In this document: positions 27,593 to 36,230 of the stretch, piece by piece
How the letters are laid out: each line of letters starts with the position of its first letter
Position numbering within the stretch: the stretch's first letter is position 1
Source of the DNA: Candidatus Heimdallarchaeota archaeon
GTDB lineage: Archaea; Asgardarchaeota; Heimdallarchaeia; Heimdallarchaeales; Heimdallarchaeaceae
DNA: 45,623 nucleotides
Direction: 5' to 3'
Assembly: GCA_019057375.1 (NCBI GenBank)
Contig: DXJF01000137.1
Span: 1 to 45,623 of the forward strand
The notes under the pieces: model-generated
Databases searched by the model: none
Told to the model about the DNA's origin: nothing
Seen by the model: the letters and a program-made list of their open reading frames with translations, nothing else
Position numbers and translations under genes: made by a program

Positions 27593-28492
27593 CTAGTCTA
27601 GCTTCAATTCATATCTATAGGATGGTGTGAATTCTATACCCATTTCTTTATACAGATCTTCTTTATCTGCATCAACTAACTGATGATAAATCTCTTCATA
27701 TCCTGTTTCTTTTGCTTTATTGGTCATGAAGTCAACCATGTCCTTCAAGACATATTGATGTTTTTCATCAAAAATAGGAATTGAAGACATGAATGATCTT
27801 TTGGGTTGTTCTGCTTTGTATAGTAATCCATATGAGAGGACTTCATCTTTTTTAGCAATCACACAAGAAATAGTAAGATTTCTATCTTGAAAGGTTTTCA
27901 TAGTTTCATCGAAGTTTTCCTCTTTGACCTCTTTTCGAGCTTTGAGATAAACTTTCTTAAATTTACTCAAACCCTTCTCTTCGTTTAGATTGATCTCCTT
28001 AATGTAATCTGGTTGAGTATATTTGGGGTCAGCTAATTTACTTGCTGAGAGAATAACTCTTTTACCTGTTTCTTCTTTCTGCTCAAATCCCCATTTTTTC
28101 AGTAAATCAGGAATGTACCCATTTTCTGGTCTGGAATTGGCATAGATAGCTTGTGCTCCTTTGGATTTGAGGAGTCCAATGGTTTTGTCACGTAATTTTT
28201 CTTCTACTTTCTCATATCCCTTTCGTATGAACGGCATATGTATAGACCCCCATTGAACACCGTCAACTTCAGTTTCCAAAGCACTACTAAGAAAAGCAAC
28301 TAATTTATTGTCATCATATAGGAAATGACGGGTTTCTGGAGTGAAATTCTCATTGTTATCATAAGCTTGTTTTAATTGTTCCATTGTTGGATACCATGGA
28401 TCTTGAGGCCAGTCACTTACTACTTCTTTTACTAATTCTCCAAGGTCTTCCAACCTTGATTCTTCATATGTTTTAAATTCCATTATTAACAC
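27593..28492 (-). CDS. Divergent tandem GNAT-like protein
   Basis: Two alpha/beta units ending in LLKKWGFEQK and LYKEMGIEF, resembling GNAT C-terminal motifs. Confidence 0.55.
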   Translation of the reverse strand: MLIMEFKTYEESRLEDLGELVKEVVSDWPQDPWYPTMEQLKQAYDNNENFTPETRHFLYDDNKLVAFLSSALETEVDGVQWGSIHMPFIRKGYEKVEEKLRDKTIGLLKSKGAQAIYANSRPENGYIPDLLKKWGFEQKEETGKRVILSASKLADPKYTQPDYIKEINLNEEKGLSKFKKVYLKARKEVKEENFDETMKTFQDRNLTISCVIAKKDEVLSYGLLYKAEQPKRSFMSSIPIFDEKHQYVLKDMVDFMTNKAKETGYEEIYHQLVDADKEDLYKEMGIEFTPSYRYELKLD

Positions 28493-28590
28493 CTAAATGA
28501 TTCCCTTGTGTTTGCTTTCTCAAGCAATGAGAAAAGTTCTAATAGACACTTATAAGTGTTCTTGTCTTTTGAGAATGTTTATAAATGCGC

Positions 28591-28608
28591 GGGAAAGATT
28601 TAATATAT
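28591..28608 (+). promoter_or_regulatory. BRE+TATA promoter for 28637..29323
   Basis: gggaaagaTTTAATATat about 30 nt upstream of the ATG. Confidence 0.5.
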
Positions 28609-28636
28609 CAACATAAAAGCGATAAGTGAGAAACTA

Positions 28637-29323
28637 ATGGAAACTGTACACGATCCTAATTTTAAACAAAAACCAATCATTTTAATCAAAGAAGAATCCA
28701 AGCTTGAGATTATGTCCAATCCGATTTATTATCCAATTTTGATGTCTTTACGAGAGGGTCCTAAAACTGTCAAAGAGATAGAAGAAGATTATTTGATATT
28801 CATAGAGAAAGAAGCAAAAAAGCAAGGTATTAAGGATAAAAAGAAGATTAAGGAGTATGTAGCCAAGAAAAAACGTTCTGACAAATCTCTCTATAGATAC
28901 ATTCAACATCTTATTGAGCTAGACTTTGTCGCTTTGTATGGTAAGCGTGTAGCTATGGATAAACCCATAACAGAGAAACTTTTTGCACGAACAGCTAAAT
29001 TCTTCTTTGTTGATTCCTATTATGATAAGATAGTTTGTGAAGAACCCAATTGTATTAAAAGTATGATTGAGCTATTAGGTCTCATCTATGATGTTACTAC
29101 TCCTGAAGAAAAACATCTAGAAGAATTCACTGCTCTTTTAAAAGACAGTTTTAAGAAAGTAACGAAGATACTATTCAAAGAAAAACCTAACGAATTCGTT
29201 CAAAAAGTTGAAAATCTGTCTTTAAAGGAAATAACTGACGTTATACAAACTCTTAGTATTATTGAATTAGTAAGAAATTCTAGAAAATACTCTAAATTAC
29301 TTGCAAGTCTAGAGAAGAAGTAA
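28637..29323 (+). CDS. Winged-helix (ArsR-like) transcriptional regulator
   Basis: YPILMSLREGPKTVKEI...SLYRYIQHLIELDFV...LFARTAKF. Paralog of 14284..14967. Confidence 0.8.
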   Translation: METVHDPNFKQKPIILIKEESKLEIMSNPIYYPILMSLREGPKTVKEIEEDYLIFIEKEAKKQGIKDKKKIKEYVAKKKRSDKSLYRYIQHLIELDFVALYGKRVAMDKPITEKLFARTAKFFFVDSYYDKIVCEEPNCIKSMIELLGLIYDVTTPEEKHLEEFTALLKDSFKKVTKILFKEKPNEFVQKVENLSLKEITDVIQTLSIIELVRNSRKYSKLLASLEKK

Positions 29324-29372
29324 AATTTCTCTAGAGCATTTTCATTAAAGGCTGATTCTAAAAAGAATCTTA

Positions 29373-29408
29373 AAGAAGAAATAATCTTCTTCTTCTCTTT
29401 TTATTTTA
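29373..29408 (+). terminator. Hairpin + T-tract between convergent genes
   Basis: aagaaga-aataa-tcttctt perfect 7-bp stem followed by cttctctttttatttt. Confidence 0.4.
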
Positions 29409-29422
29409 ATTAGTGCAGTGTT

Positions 29423-30286
29423 CTAGTCTATATGTGGAACCAAAGTAGCTTGAAAACTCTTAACTCCTGTGGATAACATTACACAAGGAGGAATTTCCCA
29501 ATTCAAGACTTCTTCTATATTTATTACTTTTTTAACTTCATTTTCAAATAGACTAAAATATTTGGTATTATATGCATCACTTAAGATAAGATCATATTCT
29601 ACACCATTGGATTGCAATTCTGAAAATTTCTCAGCAGCTTTCTTTATAGCTCCTTTAAATCCCATACCTGCACCACATCCTTGAGCTCCTTTATCAAGTA
29701 CCACTTCATATAGAGGTTTTAATTTTAATAGAGACGCCATAACATTTAGAGAAGCCTTTTTCTGTACTTTTCCTGTTTTAAATAGTACTTCGAAAGAAGG
29801 TGACATTCCTATAGTGAAAGTTTGAGTTCTCATCACATCTAAAATTGAAATCATCTCATCAACATTATTCCCTTGTTTCACAAATTTAACAGCATTATAA
29901 ACCAGAGCTCCTTGACTAGATGTGCTTAGACCACATTCATAGAGCGTTACCTTAATCTTATCGTCAATTTTCTTAGCAGCAATTTTAGCAGAGTTGAATT
30001 GATTTGATATTGTAGGAGAAAGTCCAATGTATAAGATTTCATCATATTTTTCATCTAGTGCTTGATTAAATATATCAAGAGCTTCTTGAGGACTAGCCAT
30101 TGTTGTTGTTGGGTAGGGATTAAGTTTTGGAATAGAGTTAGCTAAATCCTTACGATCCAACTCTGTTATCTCTTTTAGGTCTTGACCATCAAGAAAAACT
30201 TTGCTCTCAAGAATTCCAATATTTTCCTTTTCTGCGAATTCTTGAGGAATACCAGATGTTGAATCTGTTACAATTTTAATTTTCAT
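29423..30286 (-). CDS. DegV/EDD-family fatty-acid-binding protein
   Basis: KIVTDSTSGIP start, PTTTMASP, LSPTISNQFNSA and LKLKPL. Confidence 0.92.
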   Translation of the reverse strand: MKIKIVTDSTSGIPQEFAEKENIGILESKVFLDGQDLKEITELDRKDLANSIPKLNPYPTTTMASPQEALDIFNQALDEKYDEILYIGLSPTISNQFNSAKIAAKKIDDKIKVTLYECGLSTSSQGALVYNAVKFVKQGNNVDEMISILDVMRTQTFTIGMSPSFEVLFKTGKVQKKASLNVMASLLKLKPLYEVVLDKGAQGCGAGMGFKGAIKKAAEKFSELQSNGVEYDLILSDAYNTKYFSLFENEVKKVINIEEVLNWEIPPCVMLSTGVKSFQATLVPHID

Positions 30287-30454
30287 AACCCGAACCTTTT
30301 ACACTTTTTTAAAAACATTTGTAATTTGTTTATTCCAATTAAATGTAATTCCTCTTTTAGAAAGATGAAATCTTATTTCACTTTGAAGCTTTGTAGGCTA
30401 TCATTAATGTAATTTCTATAAATGATTTTTTCATTCCTAACCTTAACTACTAGT

Positions 30455-30508
30455 AAGAAAAAGAAAGGAAGAGGAAGTATCTTTCTTTCTTTAATTCGCT
30501 TCCACTTC
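30455..30508 (-). terminator. Hairpin + U-rich tract downstream of 30566..31207
   Basis: Minus strand GAAGTGGAAG...CTTCCTCTTC then CTTTCTTTTTCTT. Conserved in the duplicate at 20045. Confidence 0.4.
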
Positions 30509-30565
30509 TCTAGTTTTGTATAATTTGTGCGGTTTTTCTGTATAATTTGACTTTTCTGATGTTCA

Positions 30566-31207
30566 TCAGTGCCAACATGCGTTGATTTCAAATTCAATAT
30601 CAAAAGCCCAAGGCCAAGGAAACCATCCTTCAATTATTACAGTTAACGAGTGAATTCCGACTGATAACGCTCCAGGTTTAAAGACCAAACCCTCTTGAAA
30701 CCACCAAATTGATGAATCTACATATCCTGCTGGAATCCAAACTCCAGGGAGTATTTCAACTGGTTCTTCAACAATGTATTCTTGGAACCGAGCAGGTAAT
30801 AGAGGTGTTTTAATTCCTTCGTAGAAATCTCCGTCTAGGATATAATCTATATTAATTATATCCCATGCAATGTAGAAATCCTTGAAACTACCACCTAGAA
30901 AGTCTATATCTGATTGCCAGAATGAAACTCCAACACTGATGTAATGTGCATCTTCAACGCAATAATCCCAAGGTGGTTCCCACCAAACTTCTATCTTTTG
31001 AGTAGTGGTTACAACAGCTGGTAAGTTTGCCATATAGTCGAGACCAAGTCCTCGAAATTCAACTCCATATGCTCCATTAGCAAGAAAACCTGACATTGCA
31101 TCACCATATGTGTGGTGTTTATAAGGTTGTACAGCAGATACTCCATTAACTATTATAATACCAACAAAGCAAAAGATTAGTAGAGATATTATTCTTCTTT
31201 TGTTCAT
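30566..31207 (-). CDS. Secreted hypothetical protein
   Basis: GGTGGTG RBS before the ATG at 31207. Signal peptide MNKRRIISLLIFCFVGIIIVNGVSA. Aromatic-rich mature part. Confidence 0.8.
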   Translation of the reverse strand: MNKRRIISLLIFCFVGIIIVNGVSAVQPYKHHTYGDAMSGFLANGAYGVEFRGLGLDYMANLPAVVTTTQKIEVWWEPPWDYCVEDAHYISVGVSFWQSDIDFLGGSFKDFYIAWDIINIDYILDGDFYEGIKTPLLPARFQEYIVEEPVEILPGVWIPAGYVDSSIWWFQEGLVFKPGALSVGIHSLTVIIEGWFPWPWAFDIEFEINACWH

Positions 31208-31397
31208 TTTTCGCACCACCAAAGTTTACTATAAACTTTAGTAATGACTACTAATGACATAAAATATAAAAATCTTTCTCAAACAGAATTAAAGAAATTA
31301 CTAGTTCTAGTTTATCAAATTAGTATTGTAAATAAAAAGGAGTCTCCCCGATTTTGTAGAAAAATATATATCCTCAAGATTTCAGTTTATTGATATT

Positions 31398-32516
31398 ATG
31401 AGTAGATCAGATTTAAAACCTAAACCAAAACTTGTTTTTTTTCTTAAGAATATTGGACTACTTTGGAAGCTTAAACGAGCGAATAGAAGAAGTGGAGAAA
31501 AGTTTGTCAATAGTAACGTAAAACTTCTGGAACCTCTGTATCCTCAATCTGAGGGTAACAAAGAGCCTATGGAAGAAGGAATGATCTATGTCATGTTCAA
31601 TTCTGAAGGAAAAAACGAACCTGATAAGATAGATACTGTTTTCAGATTTTTCTGGGTAGATGCTCCTGTTCTTCGTTTATCTGTCTTGGATTCATTTATT
31701 GTTTCTGAAAAACTCCAAACTAGAAAATGGGATGAAGTCTATCCAAAAGGAGTCTTGTTCAATAAAGCCAAAGATCGATATCATCAAGAGGTTTCTGAAC
31801 CTGAAGTAGACTTTCTTATAGATGGTACTTGGGAAGAAGGTTATTCCTTTGAGTTTAATGATAAAAAATTGGACATTACTGCAAAATTGAACTATACTGC
31901 AATTAACGATAAAGGAATCTTAGTCTACTATAATGGAAGAATGGCTATTACCCCCTCTATGGCTCAGAAATTCTATGATAGTTTTGCTTTCAAAGTTACT
32001 GGAGAAATAGTTGTAAAAGGTAAGAAGATAGAAATCAACAATGGTCGTGGGATAATTGAGCATGGTACAGGTATTTTTTCTAGCTTACACATTTATGATT
32101 GGAGATGGTTAAATTTACAATTCTCAGAAGGGGCAATTCATTTGTTTTATCATTCTCTAGATATAGAGGAAGAAGGAATCTTTGAAGCTGGAGAAGGAGC
32201 TCTGGTTTTAGATGATGAATGGTTTCATTTTCAGCCTTATGACTTCAATATAGAAGAAACTGCTTTTGCAGAGGATGAAAGCCTACACACAAAAGTTCCG
32301 ACAGCATGGAGGGTAACTGGAGGAAAGGATGTAACAGGGAAACATCTCTTAGAATTGAATGTTACCTCAACAGCAAAAATATCTTGGCTGGGAGTTCTTG
32401 GAAAAGAGAATCAATACATAACAAACTATGTCCTAGAATCTGAAGGGACTTGGAAAGGTAAAAGGATTAAAGGAAAGGGAACATTGGAGAATATGATGCA
32501 TAGGATAATTGAGTAG
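31398..32516 (+). CDS. AttH/CrtC/tocopherol-cyclase-like beta-barrel protein
   Basis: GRGIIEHGTG, YDWRWLNLQFSEG and KVPTAWRV resemble AttH-like lipocalin-type folds. Weak call. Confidence 0.5.
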   Translation: MSRSDLKPKPKLVFFLKNIGLLWKLKRANRRSGEKFVNSNVKLLEPLYPQSEGNKEPMEEGMIYVMFNSEGKNEPDKIDTVFRFFWVDAPVLRLSVLDSFIVSEKLQTRKWDEVYPKGVLFNKAKDRYHQEVSEPEVDFLIDGTWEEGYSFEFNDKKLDITAKLNYTAINDKGILVYYNGRMAITPSMAQKFYDSFAFKVTGEIVVKGKKIEINNGRGIIEHGTGIFSSLHIYDWRWLNLQFSEGAIHLFYHSLDIEEEGIFEAGEGALVLDDEWFHFQPYDFNIEETAFAEDESLHTKVPTAWRVTGGKDVTGKHLLELNVTSTAKISWLGVLGKENQYITNYVLESEGTWKGKRIKGKGTLENMMHRIIE

Positions 32517-32625
32517 ATTTGCATTCTAAAGTATATGTGTCAATTTCTCTTTTGTTCAGAAAAAATTAACAATTGAATGTTGCTCATTATCATTTTGAAT
32601 AATTCATTGAAGACCCAATGAGCAA

Positions 32626-33462
32626 TTAATTTTCTTCTATTCCTTCATAGAGTTTTCTAATGGTTTTTTCAATTGGCTTGACATACTCTTTAAGATCAAA
32701 GCTATCGTCCTTTTCAAATTCAAAATCAGCCATCTCTCCTCCAAATAAGTGATAATAAACTTTTATTCTATCTTCTTCTTTGATCCCTTCTTCATCCATT
32801 TCTTTCTCAGACATCTGCTTCAGTTTCACAAGATTTGCAAAAAACTCAGACATCATCATAGCTATTTCAAAACTGTGTCTGGTTTTAGAAACTTTCAAGT
32901 CTAACCCTATTTGAGTACTTGCACCAAAGGGATACTGTAAATTCTTAGGTTTTAGTCCTTCCTTAAGAGCTTTTTCTGCACGTTCAAAACTATTGACGAT
33001 AAAATCCTCTATATTATGATAATAAGAAATAGATCTCTTGATACTCTTTGTTAGTTTACCAAAATCCTTCTGATTTATGACTCTAAACATCATGACCTTA
33101 GCCATTTCTTCATCAGAAAGTTGCATCGCTCTTTCCATTATTGTGTGAATTTCTTCTTCAAATACGGTCTCTTTATCTTTTGGATATCTTTCTTTAGTAA
33201 TATCTGATAGAGTGTAATAAATCCCCCTAGATGCAGTTGTTTCTTTATTATCTATCACTATCACTTCAGGTCCTTTTGTCATCTCACTAATGTGATGGTG
33301 AATAGTACTTACTGTTTTTCCCATGATTCTTGACAAAAGTTTGATGTTCATTGAACCAAATGTACGAATAGCCATTACTATTCCATATCTTGTTTCATTT
33401 TCGAGAAGTTTCTCGAATCTTTCATCTATCTCTTCTTTACCGTACTTGCTCTTTTCAGTCAT
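32626..33462 (-). CDS. ArsR-like HTH transcriptional regulator (own start likely MTEKS at 33462)
   Basis: LLENETRYGIVMAIRTFGSMNIKLLSRIMGKTVSTIHHHISEM. The 30 codons upstream are TnpB-derived. Confidence 0.8.
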   Translation of the reverse strand: MTEKSKYGKEEIDERFEKLLENETRYGIVMAIRTFGSMNIKLLSRIMGKTVSTIHHHISEMTKGPEVIVIDNKETTASRGIYYTLSDITKERYPKDKETVFEEEIHTIMERAMQLSDEEMAKVMMFRVINQKDFGKLTKSIKRSISYYHNIEDFIVNSFERAEKALKEGLKPKNLQYPFGASTQIGLDLKVSKTRHSFEIAMMMSEFFANLVKLKQMSEKEMDEEGIKEEDRIKVYYHLFGGEMADFEFEKDDSFDLKEYVKPIEKTIRKLYEGIEEN

Positions 33463-33469
33463 TATCTGT

Positions 33470-33767
33470 TGACCTTGTTCTAAATCTCGCAATGCTTCTT
33501 GTGGTGCACACTTGGAAACATCATACATCCAAGGAAAAACTGTTTTCTTCATTGCATTGAGTTCTCGATGCTGTTGTATGGCTGATGTATATCGTTCCTT
33601 TCCTTGCTTTGTTCTGTATATTTTTTTCTCTCAGCTAATCCCCAATTCCATACAAATCTTGCTAACCCCGCGTGTTTAACCAAATTTGTCCTCTGGATAT
33701 TATTTGGTTGTAATTCATACTTATATGCGCGGGTGAACTTTGATTCTGACCTATTGTGATTACTCAC
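33470..33767 (-). mobile_element. tnpB: IS200/IS605-family tnpB 5' remnant (frameshifted, no RuvC)
   Basis: RAYKYELQPNNIQRTNLVKHAGLARFVWNWGLAERKK, then after a -1 shift at the A7 run (33621..33627) IYRTKQGKERYTSAIQQHRELNAMKKTVFPWMYDVSKCAPQEALRDLE. Both are typical TnpB N-terminal motifs. Confidence 0.9.
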
Positions 33768-33924
33768 TCAGTCTACTCATATTTCCTTATAAAAACCCGT
33801 GTACGACCATCTTTTCCCCTCTCTTCTCCCATTTTGCACCATGTTCAAGTTTGTTCCAATTTGATGAAATAGATAAACACCCCACCACCCTTTTTTATCC
33901 ACATCATACATGAAAAAAATCTAT

Positions 33925-34719
33925 CTATTCAAGCATCCGCTTATAATATGCTTCAATCCCCATAACCGTCCATTTTTCCGGATCATCTTCAAAGTAGGTG
34001 GGGCAATGTTCATGAGATAGTACCTGCTCAACAGATAGTTTTTCTGAGGTAGAACGCTCAAGGAAAAGCACCAGTTCTTCAAAGAACTCTCTTACTCTAG
34101 TTATATGATCCTTCTTTACAACATCTCCATGACCAACGACAACCCAATCAATATCCATTTTCTCCCATTCTTGTAAACCGATAATCCAATCATCAAGATT
34201 GGTATTGGAAAAAGGAAAATATTGGGGCATCTTGCTGAGCAAATTGTCCCCTGCAATTAGTACCTTGTCTTTTGGAAAGTATCCATATATCGATTCAGGG
34301 CTGTGACCACCCATCTGTTTGAAAATAATATAGTTATCTTCATCACCAATAATCTTCTGATTTGTAAGTACATCAAAATCCAGCAAATTATAGTATTTTT
34401 TTCGTTTTTCTCCCCAGTTATATCGTTTCATATTCTCATTCAATGAGCCATGAAAATATTTTGAAACTATTATTGGACAGTTCTCAAATGGTTTTATCCC
34501 ACCTATATGATCTCCATGGGCATGGGTTAAAACCAGTTTTATATTCTTCATATCAGTTCTGTTTTTCATTTCGCGGACGAATTTCTTTGCAGTGTTATTA
34601 TTCAAGCCTGTATCAATGAATATTAGCTCTGAATCCAGAATTACACAACAGCTATTCACTAAGTAATAGTTGTCATCTTGACAAATAAAAATTGAGGGGG
34701 TGAGTTTTATTATGTCCAT
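33925..34719 (-). CDS. Metallo-beta-lactamase-fold hydrolase
   Basis: FIDTG, THAHGDHIGG, GGHSPES, AGDNL and VGHG. Confidence 0.92.
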   Translation of the reverse strand: MDIIKLTPSIFICQDDNYYLVNSCCVILDSELIFIDTGLNNNTAKKFVREMKNRTDMKNIKLVLTHAHGDHIGGIKPFENCPIIVSKYFHGSLNENMKRYNWGEKRKKYYNLLDFDVLTNQKIIGDEDNYIIFKQMGGHSPESIYGYFPKDKVLIAGDNLLSKMPQYFPFSNTNLDDWIIGLQEWEKMDIDWVVVGHGDVVKKDHITRVREFFEELVLFLERSTSEKLSVEQVLSHEHCPTYFEDDPEKWTVMGIEAYYKRMLE

Positions 34720-34728
34720 ATGCCATCA

Positions 34729-35391
34729 TCATCCTTTTCTTAGTGTTTTTCCTTGTTCATTTTCATTTCTTCTGTACTGTATAATCAAATGATGATTCTC
34801 TAAACGTTTCTCATCTATACACATTTCGAATTGTATCTTATCCCTATAGACAAGTTCTGTACCCTTAAGAATCTCTTCTACCTCTTCCTCAGTAAAGAAT
34901 GAGTGTACTGTTTCTTCTCCACCCTCCATATTCCAGAACTCTCCTGGGACCCGTTCTTCACCTAAGGAAGGATGAACATTTTTATACCACAAAAAATTGA
35001 TACAAAGCAAGCCCCCTTTCTTTAACACTCTTAACATCTCATCTACAGCTTTTTTGGTATCAGCTTTTGTTAGATGAATGCTTGCATTATAAGAATAAAC
35101 ACATCCAAAAAACTCATCATCAAAAGGTAAATCACGCATATCTGCCTTGGATAATTTAATTTCTAGATCATATCTTTTTGCATAATTTCTCGCTTCATCA
35201 AGCGCATTATCAGAAATATCTATCCCATAAGCCTCATAACCATGCTTACTGAAAAGTGCCAAAGGAGGATTATTACCCCCCGCTCCACAGTCTAAAACTT
35301 TCTTCTCAACGTCTTTCCATCTTGCCATACGAAGAAATTTGTATATAGAGGGGCGAAAAATTGCTAACCCAAAATCATTTTCTGATACCAT
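34729..35391 (-). CDS. Class I SAM-dependent methyltransferase
   Basis: VLDCGAGG, GIDIS, ADMRDLPF and VLKKGG. Confidence 0.92.
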   Translation of the reverse strand: MVSENDFGLAIFRPSIYKFLRMARWKDVEKKVLDCGAGGNNPPLALFSKHGYEAYGIDISDNALDEARNYAKRYDLEIKLSKADMRDLPFDDEFFGCVYSYNASIHLTKADTKKAVDEMLRVLKKGGLLCINFLWYKNVHPSLGEERVPGEFWNMEGGEETVHSFFTEEEVEEILKGTELVYRDKIQFEMCIDEKRLENHHLIIQYRRNENEQGKTLRKG

Positions 35392-35528
35392 TATAATTTT
35401 TTAAGTAATCAAACATTTATGTATATTTCTGACTTTTACTGGTTCTTTCAAACTATTGTCTCAATCTTTTGATGTATTTGGAAATCCATCTTGATAAGAA
35501 TCCATAAATAAATTCAATCAAATTTTAA

Positions 35529-36125
35529 TCTGTTGACCTTGAAGAGTGTCACAACAAAACAATCAAACTCTCAGTGAATAGAACAACTGATGCAGCTATT
35601 CATCTTTATGAAAAATATGGTTTTCAAGAAGATTATTCAATTAAAGAGTATTTCCAAGAGATTCCTCTAGAGGTTGATTCACCTCCTAATGTTTTTATTG
35701 TAAGACTTGCTATCAAAGAAGATTTGGATAATCTCAACAGAATTGTTACAGAAGTACCGGAAATGAAAGATTTACCAAAAAAATACAAAAAAGCTATGAA
35801 CAAAACAGAGAAAAAGAAATTTAGGCTGCAAAACCAATTACCAGCTGTTTTGGTTAAGAATGATGAAATAATGGGAATTGGAAGAGCTTTGTGGTCAAAA
35901 GCGGTCCCAGAGACAGCTCAAATTGCTGCTGTTGCTTTTCTTCCAGAATCAAAAGAAGCTTATCCTTATTTCATAAGTTTTCTCACAAAACAGATTGAAC
36001 AGTTTGGTGTTAAGAAATTCTCTTGGACAAACAATAGAAAGACTGAGCAGTTTGCAGAATTCTTAGATCCATTTCTAAAGGAACCCGCCAGAACAGGTTT
36101 AGTAATGAGTAGATTTTTTGAATAA
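35529..36125 (+). pseudogene. 5'-truncated tandem GNAT
   Basis: The frame opens after a TAA at 35526..35528 directly into KTIKLSVNRTTDAAIHLYEKYGF, the end of a first GNAT domain. No suitable start. Confidence 0.65.
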
Positions 36126-36230
36126 CAATTGACTTCTCAAATCTAGACACTCATTTTTTTTTTCAATAAACTTGATTTAGTCACTTCTTTTTATCATTAG
36201 ATTTAGAGGATTAATTTAGTAGTTTTTCGA

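Noticed and set aside
30373-30633. 86-aa ORF overlapping the end of 30566..31207
   Set aside because: It overlaps a better gene and spans the hairpin/U-tract. The duplicate at ~20045..20113 has an indel and stops in this frame.
33768-33924. Left end of the IS element upstream of tnpB
   Set aside because: I could not identify a convincing subterminal hairpin or target motif, and no tnpA is present.
33770-35391. Possible higher-GC island next to the tnpB remnant
   Set aside because: Spot counts of individual 60-nt lines ranged from about 33% to 48% GC, so there is no consistent shift. A sliding-window calculation would be needed.
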